DNA from: a virus
Taxonomy: Duplodnaviria; Caudoviricetes
Reading direction: 5' to 3' (one strand)
Virus record (IMG/VR): IMGVR_UViG_3300016665_000137
Location: 1 to 30,577 of that record
DNA length: 30,577 nt
This document shows positions 18,069 to 25,923 of this stretch, one piece after another; position 1 is the stretch's first letter; each line of letters begins with the position of its first letter. The notes below the pieces were generated by a model. That model had not been told where the DNA came from, ran no database searches, and was given only the letters and a program-made list of their open reading frames with translations. The translations under genes and the position numbers were made by a program.

Positions 18069-19970
18069 TCAAGTCCCCTGTGGCATTAACGCAGAAACGG
18101 GAGGGGGCTGGGCCACGCCTTGCGCTACTTCTGGCATTGCTCCACCCATTCCCGGCATAGCAGGAGGGGCGGGAGGCATTGCCATTTGTATCAATTGTTT
18201 GGTTTGGTCATTAAATTGACGGAGCATTTCAAGGCGCTCCTCTGTGACCTTGGATACCTTGGCGAACGCATAGTAATCCAGGAAAAGCTCCTGGGCCAAT
18301 GCGAGATCATCCTCGGGCTCCGGTGATGTATATTCACCTTCATAAATGATCTTCTCATAAACATTGTGAAGGTAATCTTCCTTAGCGTTTTGGAGATTCT
18401 CAAGCGCTTCGAGATCCGGGAAATCCAAGAGCCTCCGGCCCATGCGAGGGTTAATTAGGCCCGCTTGCATATATTCCTGAATAGTCTGGAGTCGGCCTTC
18501 TGGATCCGATGGGAGCGAGGAGACCGGGAACATCTTGAGAATGTAATCCTGCTCGGAGATGTCATTTTCGGCAAAATCAATCTCCTCTACCATGCGTTTG
18601 TTTTCGGCCTTCACCTTGAGGGAGCCATGTTCCTTCACAATGTCCCGAGCGCAATCAATAATCAGGAAAGCGCAATCCAGGACATATTGCTCGTCGGCCT
18701 TCCCAAATGTCATGAAACGCTCGGTTTCAATATTGGAATAGGTGCGGAGAGCCTTCCCGGAGTCTAGGCCCATGGGCTTCTGGGAGCTTGCGGAAAGTTG
18801 GGAGATCCCGAACATCTCATAGGCTTCATTTTTAACAGCCTGAAGCCGGGCATAAATTTCAGGCTGAACGATGGGCGGCACCAGGTATTGGGGCGGCTCA
18901 TCCGAGTTGATGATGGTACCAAGCTCGTTGTTGATGTGCTCTTTAACGATCTTTGAGCCATTCTTGAGCCACACCTTGAAGGTGGATCCGAGATCCAGTG
19001 AGCGGCTAATCCGCCACATGATTTTGTTTACTTCAAGCTGGAGCCCTTGGATCTGCTCGGCCCCGCCCTGCGCCCAATAGCCTTCGGTGCGCTCATTGAA
19101 TGGGAGCTTGGCGAATGGGAAGAATGGCTTTTCCCACTCCTCATCGAACAGGCAAGCCCCGTTGATAACGATGCAATGGCGGCCATCCCCGGCATCCGGG
19201 CCAGAGGGGAGGTGCCAGGCTTCCACGATCATCAGTTGGTCAGAGGTGGCAGAATAAAGCCCCACCGAGTCCAGGGTGGCGCTTGAAGCGGATTTAATCT
19301 TGTCGGCCTGGTCAGGGTAACAATCAATCAAAACATCCCGGTCAACCAGATCCACCTGCATGATTTGGCGAGGAGCCCCGTTCAGGGATTCGATCCAGTC
19401 CGTATAGATCCGGCGAGGATTCACCCGCTCAATACATGGGCGGCCATCCTTCGGGAATACTTTGGCCATGCCATCCCCGAACACAATAGAATCCACCACA
19501 TTCTTTTTGCGAACATGGGTGTAGAACTTGTTTTCGTAGAAGATCCCGTCCACGAACTTTTCGAGATTCTTACCCTGCTTCTGTAGCTTGTAGGAGCCCC
19601 CAGAGGTAACGAACATGGGCTTGGGCCTGTTCTTACAAATCTTGCTTGTAAGGGTGTCAGTAGCCGATTGAACCACATTGTAGGTCACCCGAGTCCGAAC
19701 ATTGTTTGAAAGGTCGGAAATCTTGGTGGATGAGAACCCGGTCACACCAAGGAGATCCTGATTGCCATAGAGCCGGTTGGATACCGAATACTGGAATTGC
19801 CGTTGCTTCTCTTTAGAGAATTCCGACATGATCTTGAGAGTCGAAATCACGGCATCCGGGAGATCAGACGCATCGGAGAGCCACCACCTTTTACCCGTCC
19901 CGGAGTCAGTCTCCAGGTATTTTTTCTTCCCGTTCTCAGCAAAAGATTTGTAGTCGATGCGTTTGGCCAT
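18069..19970 (-). CDS. Portal protein
   Basis: 633 aa downstream of terL; NVVQS, ERVNP, IVEAWH, FGISQLS...SGKALR motifs; Pro/Met-rich tail. Confidence 0.85.
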   Translation of the reverse strand: MAKRIDYKSFAENGKKKYLETDSGTGKRWWLSDASDLPDAVISTLKIMSEFSKEKQRQFQYSVSNRLYGNQDLLGVTGFSSTKISDLSNNVRTRVTYNVVQSATDTLTSKICKNRPKPMFVTSGGSYKLQKQGKNLEKFVDGIFYENKFYTHVRKKNVVDSIVFGDGMAKVFPKDGRPCIERVNPRRIYTDWIESLNGAPRQIMQVDLVDRDVLIDCYPDQADKIKSASSATLDSVGLYSATSDQLMIVEAWHLPSGPDAGDGRHCIVINGACLFDEEWEKPFFPFAKLPFNERTEGYWAQGGAEQIQGLQLEVNKIMWRISRSLDLGSTFKVWLKNGSKIVKEHINNELGTIINSDEPPQYLVPPIVQPEIYARLQAVKNEAYEMFGISQLSASSQKPMGLDSGKALRTYSNIETERFMTFGKADEQYVLDCAFLIIDCARDIVKEHGSLKVKAENKRMVEEIDFAENDISEQDYILKMFPVSSLPSDPEGRLQTIQEYMQAGLINPRMGRRLLDFPDLEALENLQNAKEDYLHNVYEKIIYEGEYTSPEPEDDLALAQELFLDYYAFAKVSKVTEERLEMLRQFNDQTKQLIQMAMPPAPPAMPGMGGAMPEVAQGVAQPPPVSALMPQGT

Positions 19971-19973
19971 GGC

Positions 19974-20261
19974 TTATTCCTTCCTTGCCGCTTTCCGATC
20001 ATCCAGAATGTTGTCGAAATGATCAGTTGCGGCGAACAGCAAAATATCATCCGGTGGCATATCAAGGTTTGGGGTTTCCAAATAGCTAGCCGTTTTATCG
20101 GTTTGATATTTGATTCCCCTGGCAGACCGTGGCTTATCCCCGAATTCCAATTCCAGATTATCCCACTTTATTCGTTTTATTCCATACTTTTCGCAAATCT
20201 TCGATAATTGCTTAATTTTGATGAATTCACTCGTTTTTCTGCGCTTTATTGTCTTTTCCAT
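19974..20261 (-). CDS. Hypothetical protein between terL and portal
   Basis: 95 aa, tightly packed, GAGG RBS. Confidence 0.6.
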   Translation of the reverse strand: MEKTIKRRKTSEFIKIKQLSKICEKYGIKRIKWDNLELEFGDKPRSARGIKYQTDKTASYLETPNLDMPPDDILLFAATDHFDNILDDRKAARKE

Positions 20262-20263
20262 GC

Positions 20264-21679
20264 TTAAACCTCTCCAAATAGGTCAAAATGTTCTTTTTGT
20301 TCTCTCGATTGTTTGTCCAAAATGTTCTGAAACATAGCTTCTTCTTCAGCCTTAAACCATTCGGCGCTGTTCTTTTGAGGCACGAGCGCCTGGGCAGTGT
20401 ACGGCCTACTCATAAGGAAATAGCGGAGCATATCGTAGGCATCATCACCCGAGTTGGGGTTTCCGTCCACGGCATCTTCCTTAATCACATCCTCGATGCG
20501 GTTGGGATCCGTCTGCATCCGGGAGAGGGTGTCGAATGTCACCGGGCAGGAGTTGAAGATAAAGAGCCTCGGGAGCTTGTTAGGCTTATCGGCCCATGCC
20601 AGGTATTGGCGCACTTGGTTTGCTCCCTGCACCCGATCTGTGATGGCCTTGGAGAGCACGAGCCCTGCATCCAGAAATTCCTCGGCAATGGTGGGCGGGA
20701 TCCCGGAGCGGGTAACGCCCTTCACGGCCCAACAATCAAGCCCGGCAATGATCCGCTCCAGGCGCTCTGTGTCCGGGTAGCTCTTTAGCTTCTCGATAAA
20801 TTGATCCACCCGGAGCTTGGCCTGGATTAGCTCTCGGTAGAGGTAAATGTTCCCATCCTCATCGATGGCGAACCACCCAAAGGCGGCGGGGTGATTAAAC
20901 CCGAAATCATAGGAGCCGTACCTGGGCCAATGCTCGGGGATGGTGAATGGCTTGATGAAATGCACATCTCGGTTGATCTCCGTGAAGAATTGACCGGCAA
21001 AGATGTCCCAATCCCCATACCGAAACGCCCGGCGCATGGCCTCATTGGGCTCGGTTTCGAGCCTGTAGATGTAGTCCGGATCGTTCTCGATGAGAGCCTG
21101 GTTGTCATCCACCAGGGAGCGGACAAAGGCATAATCACTCGGGCGCTCCCGCTCCATGAATCTGCGCTCCACAAATAGCCGCTTTAGCCAGGCATGTCCA
21201 ATGCCTCCAGGGTTGCCCGTCATGATAGCCCGTGGCTTGATCCCAGGCATCGAGGAACGATTGGATCCAAGCAGGGTGCGGAACATGGCTTCCGTCCATT
21301 GCCCGGCCTCGTCGATGGCAAGATCATGAAATTCTCGCCCCTGGTAATGGTCTACATCGGCCTGGGAAGCGCAATGGCAGAATTGCAGGGTGGATCCATT
21401 GGGAAGGCTTAGGAGCTTCTTGGATTCATTCCAGTATTGGCGGAGTTGGGGGTAAGCCGTGAAGATTGGCCGAATGTGGTTGGCTTCGAGCTCTGGGTAG
21501 GTTTTACGGAAGATGGCCCCCGTGCTGTTCGGGTACTGAAAGCGCCTCATAAGCATGATCGAGCGGAGCCCATGGGATTTCCCGCCGCCTCTGGCCCCAC
21601 CGAAGAATGTCACCGGATACTCCTCAATGGCCTCGGCAAACTCAATCTGCTTAGGCTGAAGGGCAATCCTAATCTCCAT
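20264..21679 (-). CDS. terL: Terminase large subunit
   Basis: Walker A GGARGGGKS, Walker B LAIDEA, TGNPGG coupling motif, nuclease YDFGFNHP and DDAYDMLRY. AGGTGG precedes ATG 21679 (track uses GTG 21685). Confidence 0.95.
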   Translation of the reverse strand: MEIRIALQPKQIEFAEAIEEYPVTFFGGARGGGKSHGLRSIMLMRRFQYPNSTGAIFRKTYPELEANHIRPIFTAYPQLRQYWNESKKLLSLPNGSTLQFCHCASQADVDHYQGREFHDLAIDEAGQWTEAMFRTLLGSNRSSMPGIKPRAIMTGNPGGIGHAWLKRLFVERRFMERERPSDYAFVRSLVDDNQALIENDPDYIYRLETEPNEAMRRAFRYGDWDIFAGQFFTEINRDVHFIKPFTIPEHWPRYGSYDFGFNHPAAFGWFAIDEDGNIYLYRELIQAKLRVDQFIEKLKSYPDTERLERIIAGLDCWAVKGVTRSGIPPTIAEEFLDAGLVLSKAITDRVQGANQVRQYLAWADKPNKLPRLFIFNSCPVTFDTLSRMQTDPNRIEDVIKEDAVDGNPNSGDDAYDMLRYFLMSRPYTAQALVPQKNSAEWFKAEEEAMFQNILDKQSREQKEHFDLFGEV

Positions 21680-21914
21680 TGCCACCTTTCAACGCTTCAC
21701 GGGCACGATCCTCGAAATCGTCAATCTCTCCGGGCCAGCATCCTTTTTGCGCTTTTATTTCTGGCATCATTTTATTGAGGCCAAACTCCAACGCCGCCCG
21801 ATAACGGGCGTTTTCGGCTTTCAGGTTTGCAATAACCATCAAGGCGGCATCTAATTCGATTTGAAGATTTTCTGGAGTAAACATCAAACTACACTCTGGA
21901 CATTGCGTGTGCAT
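21669..21914 (-). CDS. Hypothetical protein (CxxC plus short coiled coil) between terS and terL
   Basis: 81 aa overlapping both neighbours, AGGAG RBS. Confidence 0.55.
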   Translation of the reverse strand: MHTQCPECSLMFTPENLQIELDAALMVIANLKAENARYRAALEFGLNKMMPEIKAQKGCWPGEIDDFEDRAREALKGGNGD

Positions 21915-22288
21915 TACTCCTGCCCTTTCTTAGAAACATAGTTCTCAATGATGACCCGAGTAGTTGTCTCTCCAGAATGATCCACTTGCTCTTTCACCTT
22001 GCCCACCACCCGCTCCAATACCTTCAGGAGCGTATCGAGGTCACCCTTCTTCCGGGCCTGGATGAGCCCGTGCAATAGAAACTCCTCAAGAAATGACAGC
22101 TTGAGTCCCTTGAGCGCTTCCATTTCGTCGCTAGGCTGGTTGGCAATAACCTCAATCATCCGGGCCACTGTCTCAGCCGTGAGCTTTTTAGCGGCCTTTA
22201 CAACCGGATTATGGGCCTGTCCGCCCAATGGATTGAGCACCTGCCCTTTCTGAATATTCCGACCGCCTGTTTTTATTCCCTTAGCCAT
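21914..22288 (-). CDS. terS: Terminase small subunit (putative)
   Basis: KGIKTGGR and QKGQVLNPLGG N-terminal motifs, LERVVGKVKEQVDHSG end; upstream of terL. Confidence 0.75.
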   Translation of the reverse strand: MAKGIKTGGRNIQKGQVLNPLGGQAHNPVVKAAKKLTAETVARMIEVIANQPSDEMEALKGLKLSFLEEFLLHGLIQARKKGDLDTLLKVLERVVGKVKEQVDHSGETTTRVIIENYVSKKGQE

Positions 22289-22316
22289 ATTGCTATCGCA
22301 TTAATATCGTATTGTT

Positions 22317-22481
22317 TTACTCTTCCTTGACCTCAAATGACAAAACCAACCCTTTTAGTTGGGCAAGGATCAGCATTGCCTGAGCTTCAGATTCTGGAAC
22401 CTCAAGAGTCACCTTCCATCCACCGGTAGAGTCCGTGCTCATTCGGTGAACGGATCCCTCAAACTTGAAGGATTGGCTCAT
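22317..22481 (-). CDS. Small hypothetical protein (54 aa, below track cut-off)
   Basis: MSQSFKFEGSVHRMSTDSTGGWKVTLEVPESEAQAMLILAQLKGLVLSFEVKEE; GGAG RBS and ATGA overlap. Confidence 0.65.
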   Translation of the reverse strand: MSQSFKFEGSVHRMSTDSTGGWKVTLEVPESEAQAMLILAQLKGLVLSFEVKEE

Positions 22482-22756
22482 TCGGTCTCCACCGTGAAGC
22501 TCGAGATTTGAGAATATGGGAAATGGCGCTGAACACCGTTCTTGAAATACAGCACCAGGCCGATGGAATTGGCTACTACATCCTCGATGCCAAGGACATG
22601 GTAATCGGAGTCGAGAGCGGAGTTGAGCCCCTTGGATTTTGAGTCCTGAATGGCTCTCAGGAATTTGCCGTTGGGGTGTATCACCTGGACACCGTTCTCA
22701 CGGGTAAACACAATGTGGGTAATACGGGATTTGGTTGCTTTTGCTTCTTTGGTCAT
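22478..22756 (-). CDS. Hypothetical protein
   Basis: 92 aa, AAGGAG RBS, in operon. Confidence 0.65.
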   Translation of the reverse strand: MTKEAKATKSRITHIVFTRENGVQVIHPNGKFLRAIQDSKSKGLNSALDSDYHVLGIEDVVANSIGLVLYFKNGVQRHFPYSQISSFTVETE

Positions 22757-22765
22757 GGGGGCTCC

Positions 22766-23182
22766 TTACATTCTATATGGGTTAAAATCGAAAATACGAT
22801 GCTTGGTTGAAATTTCATTGAGTACGGGAGTCCAATGCGACACCTCGAAGGATCCGGTAATCCCAAGGGCCTCGAATAGCTTCCGGGCAATGCCCAGGCG
22901 CTGGTACTCCGGGCGTACATACAAATAATGAACCACGGGCGCATCCGGGAAAGGCTCGGCAATGATATACCCGTAAATGGTAAAATCCTCATCTCCTGCA
23001 ATTTTGCAGACCGTGGTGGGCCTCAGCATGATGGCATTGGCAATCAGGGGGTGGAATTTCATGAAGGTTTGCTTCTTCATGCGCTTGGCGAAATAGCTTG
23101 TGGCCTGATAATTGTTGAGCCAGGAATCGAAGATAAAATCTTCATCGGATGGCACTTTGTCACGAATTTGAACTAAACTCAT
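22766..23182 (-). CDS. GNAT-family acetyltransferase
   Basis: Acetyl-CoA-binding motif A, HYLYVRPEYQRLGIARKL, preceded by the IYGYII strand. Confidence 0.85.
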   Translation of the reverse strand: MSLVQIRDKVPSDEDFIFDSWLNNYQATSYFAKRMKKQTFMKFHPLIANAIMLRPTTVCKIAGDEDFTIYGYIIAEPFPDAPVVHYLYVRPEYQRLGIARKLFEALGITGSFEVSHWTPVLNEISTKHRIFDFNPYRM

Positions 23183-23215
23183 ACGATTAAGATCAAATTA
23201 GCGCACTTTTGCGAT

Positions 23216-23250
23216 TTTTCAAAAGTTTTATTTTCAGATACGATTCTGAA
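23216..23250 (+). promoter_or_regulatory. Candidate promoter for the tRNA-like gene, with an overlapping inverted repeat
   Basis: TTTTCA-N17-TACGAT; the -10 sits inside TTCAGA-N6-TCTGAA (23233-23250), 7 nt before G1. Confidence 0.45.
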
Positions 23251-23251
23251 A

Positions 23252-23334
23252 GGGTTTTTAGCTTAATTGGGAGAGCGCCGAACGAGTCATGAACCGTTCA
23301 GGAGGTGTTGGTTCGAATCCAGCATTACCCGCCA
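23252..23334 (+). tRNA. Atypical tRNA / tRNA-like RNA (enlarged anticodon arm; CAT in loop, identity uncertain)
   Basis: U8A9, D arm GCTT-AATTGGGA-GAGC, T arm GTTGG-TTCGAAT-CCAGC, encoded CCA. Acceptor GGGTTTT/ATTACCC has two U-U mismatches; anticodon arm is 25 nt. Confidence 0.7.
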
Positions 23335-23372
23335 AAAAAAATCCCCGCCTTCGGCTCCATGCTTCCAGCGGG
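23334..23372 (-). terminator. Intrinsic terminator for the 102-aa gene
   Basis: CCCCGC...GCGGGG stem followed by a T-run on the minus strand. Confidence 0.65.
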
Positions 23373-23402
23373 GTTGTGGTGTGCGGACGGACAAATTTTG
23401 GA

Positions 23403-23711
23403 TTATCGCTCGATGGCTCCGTCGATAATTTCCATAAGATTATCACAATATACATCTTCTATTTTGGCAACGGTATTCCAGCCTGGGTTTTTGGCATTCC
23501 GGCGAAGATTCATTTTGCCAAGCTCTACGGTATAGGTATCGGCGGGAGTCAGGGTAACAATCACATGGCCCTTGAACTTGAGCCCGTTGACCTGGAACAT
23601 CACGCCATTGGTCTGGACTACAAATTTCTTAGCGCCCCAGGCCATGAGAGCGGAGCGATCTGCATACTGGATTTGGGAGATGATGGTTTTGGCGATTTCG
23701 TGGTTAGTCAT
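23403..23711 (-). CDS. Phage hypothetical protein in a self-contained cassette
   Basis: 102 aa, AAGGA RBS, own promoter and terminator. Confidence 0.8.
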   Translation of the reverse strand: MTNHEIAKTIISQIQYADRSALMAWGAKKFVVQTNGVMFQVNGLKFKGHVIVTLTPADTYTVELGKMNLRRNAKNPGWNTVAKIEDVYCDNLMEIIDGAIER

Positions 23712-23714
23712 TGT

Positions 23715-23781
23715 TTAGTCCTTTAGGGCCGCACCGTGCCGCCCATGAACACATAATATTGCTCCAGCGATAAAAGATCAA
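23715..23781 (-). promoter_or_regulatory. Sigma70-like promoter + operator + 5' hairpin + RBS cassette (copy 1)
   Basis: TTGATC-N17-TATTAT; palindrome TATTGCTCCAGCGATA 23757-23772; hairpin GGGCGGCACGGTGCGGCCC; AAGGACTAA. Confidence 0.75.
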
Positions 23782-23814
23782 CAAGAAAATGGCCCCACCG
23801 ATATTTTTTTGCCC

Positions 23815-24513
23815 TCAATACAAAGGGTGGAATATTGGCGTTTTCCCGGAGTCCACAATCACGATGCATCCGAGTTGGGGTTTTACCCGATTATACTTCT
23901 CGTATTTGAAAGCGAATGCCTCTGGATCAATCAGGCACCCGGCATTTGCGGCCCACATCCGGGCTCCCCCGTTGTTCTGAATCCAGGAAATCCCGGCGTG
24001 GCTGTGGAGATGGCCTATAACCGTGCTAATTTGCCCGTCAAGCGCCGCATTTCGGTGACCCGCTACCCCACTATACCCCATGCCGTGAATCGCTCTAAAA
24101 GGAAATTTGAGCGAATGGAAGCGCCACTCCTCCCGGTACACCCAGGATGCGGGGATTTTGAAAATGTCATGGTAGGTCTTGAGTAAATGGCTCGGGATTT
24201 GTGCGTCCATGGCTTTCTTGAGCCATCGGATCCCGTGGTTGGAGATGCACACCCGCATTTTGGGGAATGCCCCGGCCCAGGCTTTGATGCGCTCCCTGGC
24301 AATCTCGAATTCATTCACGATCGAATGCGGAGCATCCGGATCTTTCGGGTAAGCGGAGCCGTGGAAGTTGTCGATCTCGTCGCCGACATTCACCACATTC
24401 TCGGCAGGGATCCGATACTCTTTCGCCAGGGCTCGGCAAAATTCTAACGCCCGTTTGTTTTCGTACGGAATTTGTAGGTCGCTAATAACCAACACCGGGC
24501 GCTTTGTATCCAC
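23815..24513 (-). CDS. Calcineurin-like metallophosphoesterase
   Basis: Motifs SDLQ, GDEID, SNHG, IHG, GHLH in the canonical order. Confidence 0.9.
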   Translation of the reverse strand: MDTKRPVLVISDLQIPYENKRALEFCRALAKEYRIPAENVVNVGDEIDNFHGSAYPKDPDAPHSIVNEFEIARERIKAWAGAFPKMRVCISNHGIRWLKKAMDAQIPSHLLKTYHDIFKIPASWVYREEWRFHSLKFPFRAIHGMGYSGVAGHRNAALDGQISTVIGHLHSHAGISWIQNNGGARMWAANAGCLIDPEAFAFKYEKYNRVKPQLGCIVIVDSGKTPIFHPLY

Positions 24514-24574
24514 GGAATTAAATTACACGGTACTTTTTGCCTATCGTCAATCGAATTAGTGTTACCCTTGTTTC
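24514..24574. promoter_or_regulatory. Divergent promoters, probably giving leaderless transcripts
   Basis: Minus: TTGACG-N17-TGTAAT, 8 nt before GTG 24513. Plus: TGnTACCCT, 6 nt before ATG 24575. No SD on either side. Confidence 0.5.
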
Positions 24575-24913
24575 ATGAGTCGGAAAACCCTTGTTGTGCC
24601 GATCGTCGGTAAGGATTGGAAAGTCAAATTTCTATCGGACAAGCAATACACCAAGCTCATCGGCACTGATAGCCGGGCAATCTGCGATTGCGAAGAGAAG
24701 GTGATGTATTTCAACCTGGAGTTTTTGAATGATGTGACGGTACGCCACGAGGTGACCCACGCTTATGCCTCTGAAACATCCTTTACCGTGCTTCAGCTAA
24801 CCGAGGAGCAATGGGAGGAATGGGCTTGTGAGCTTTTTGGAAAGTATGGGCCAGAAATGCTCGCCATCAGCGAATTCATCCTGGCCCATGGGATGCGGAA
24901 ATTAAAACGGTGA
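24575..24913 (+). CDS. Small zincin-like metallopeptidase
   Basis: TVRHEVTHAY (HExxH) with a downstream EEWAC helix supplying a likely third ligand. Confidence 0.8.
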   Translation: MSRKTLVVPIVGKDWKVKFLSDKQYTKLIGTDSRAICDCEEKVMYFNLEFLNDVTVRHEVTHAYASETSFTVLQLTEEQWEEWACELFGKYGPEMLAISEFILAHGMRKLKR

Positions 24914-25048
24914 TTCCTTGGCAGTGGCCTTGGCGATTTCTTTGAACATGAAATAAGCCTTAGCCGCCCAAAATCCTTTCATGAATTGCTCGGGCAAAGT
25001 TGCAATCGCAGTCCAGGCCCCGACAATCACGCAGTACAGGAATCTCAT
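24902..25048 (-). CDS. Small hydrophobic hypothetical protein (48 aa)
   Basis: MRFLYCVIVGAWTAIATLPEQFMKGFWAAKAYFMFKEIAKATAKESPF; ATGA overlap with the upstream gene. Confidence 0.4.
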   Translation of the reverse strand: MRFLYCVIVGAWTAIATLPEQFMKGFWAAKAYFMFKEIAKATAKESPF

Positions 25049-25197
25049 TTTTTCTTCGCCTTGGCCGGAGCCTTTTTGCCGCCACGAGCCGTGGTGAGCG
25101 CAATGGCAACCGCTTGTTTGAGCTTCTTGCCGGATTTAACTTCGGTGCGAATATTTTGCGAAATGGTTTTTTGGCTTGAGCCTTTTTTCAATGGCAT
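25045..25197 (-). CDS. Small basic phage protein (MPLKKG...QAVAIAL type, 50 aa)
   Basis: AGGGGG RBS before ATG 25197; MPLKKGSSQKTISQNIRTEVKSGKKLKQAVAIAL is a pattern I recognise from phage genomes. Confidence 0.75.
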   Translation of the reverse strand: MPLKKGSSQKTISQNIRTEVKSGKKLKQAVAIALTTARGGKKAPAKAKKK

Positions 25198-25207
25198 GGT
25201 GTCCCCC

Positions 25208-25459
25208 TTAGTAGCAGTTGGTTTGTACCGAATTCCCAATCCGGTAGCTAGTGCAGTGTACGGAATTACCCTTGGAATCATATCCAGAGCCGTAAACCGA
25301 ATTTCCCATTTTGTAGGTGTTGTAGTTGTAGGTTGTTCCGGTGTTGTAATCCTGCCCGTAGGTGTATTGGCTATTCCCCACCTGGTAGGTGTTTTCATAA
25401 TACCCGTAAGCAAACGCTCCCGGAGCAACAAACAGCAACAATGCAATCATGGTTTTCAT
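25208..25459 (-). CDS. Small secreted/periplasmic protein
   Basis: Signal peptide MKTMIALLLFVAPGAFA; three Y-x-x-GNS repeats; C-terminal Cys pair; ATGA overlap with the XRE gene. Confidence 0.75.
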   Translation of the reverse strand: MKTMIALLLFVAPGAFAYGYYENTYQVGNSQYTYGQDYNTGTTYNYNTYKMGNSVYGSGYDSKGNSVHCTSYRIGNSVQTNCY

Positions 25460-25686
25460 CGTGTTTTTCTTTCTGGCCACAAAAGGCCGATTAGTTTTCC
25501 TGGATCGATGTGAAACGCCGCCGCCAAATTGCGGAGATGCTCCACGGCTTGTAGGTCACCCGTCTTTTCCAAATAGGAAATGTGACCCTGGGAGATCCCG
25601 GATAGTTCTGAAAGCTCGTCCTGGGTGAGCCCCGCTTCCTTGCGTAAATTTCTGAGCCGAAGCCCTACTTTTTCATCCATGACCAA
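25456..25686 (-). CDS. XRE-family helix-turn-helix regulator
   Basis: GLRLRNLRKEAGLTQDELSELSGISQGHISYLEK. Confidence 0.9.
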   Translation of the reverse strand: MVMDEKVGLRLRNLRKEAGLTQDELSELSGISQGHISYLEKTGDLQAVEHLRNLAAAFHIDPGKLIGLLWPERKTR

Positions 25687-25692
25687 ATGCTA

Positions 25693-25923
25693 TCAGTTAT
25701 GTATCGGTGTGTCAATATCGTTGTGGCGATTTGGAAATTCGGTAGTCCAGAGATCGAAATCCCGATCCAGATAGCCATACCATTCCGGAATTTTTAGGCT
25801 CAATTGGCGCTTCACGGCCACGCCGCAGGAAAGGCACCGGAACGCATAAAACTGGTGATCGGTTTTACTTCGAGCCGTTACAAATCCCGAGTCATGGCAC
25901 ATTTGGCACCGTAAGCCTGTCAT
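25693..25923 (-). CDS. Small zinc-finger protein
   Basis: CQMCHDSGF...FRCLSC; ATGA-coupled to the replication genes. Confidence 0.7.
   Translation of the reverse strand: MTGLRCQMCHDSGFVTARSKTDHQFYAFRCLSCGVAVKRQLSLKIPEWYGYLDRDFDLWTTEFPNRHNDIDTPIHN

Noticed and set aside
164-22253. Numerous plus-strand ORFs in the track, some over 250 aa (4464..5264, 8283..9167, 14967..15869)
   Set aside because: They lie antisense to a tightly packed minus-strand operon with recognisable products, and have no motifs; treated as shadow ORFs.
23252-23334. tRNA as opal suppressor (TCA in loop) or as attachment site
   Set aside because: TCA lacks a preceding U33. TGA, TAA and TAG all appear to end genes normally, including ATGA overlaps. 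No integrase or duplicated tRNA 3' end is seen.
23373-23402. C/U-rich 3' UTR of the 102-aa gene as another anti-RBS sRNA
   Set aside because: No convincing internal promoter and only a loose match to one RBS (1237 gene).
23258-23455. 65-aa minus-strand ORF containing AGFEPT, and the overlapping 23289..23726 plus ORF
   Set aside because: AGFEPT is the antisense translation of the tRNA T-loop; both overlap better-supported features.
25198-25446. N-terminal 83 aa of the 25045..25446 ORF
   Set aside because: Overlaps the secreted-protein gene in another frame; the RBS and recognisable sequence start at 25197.
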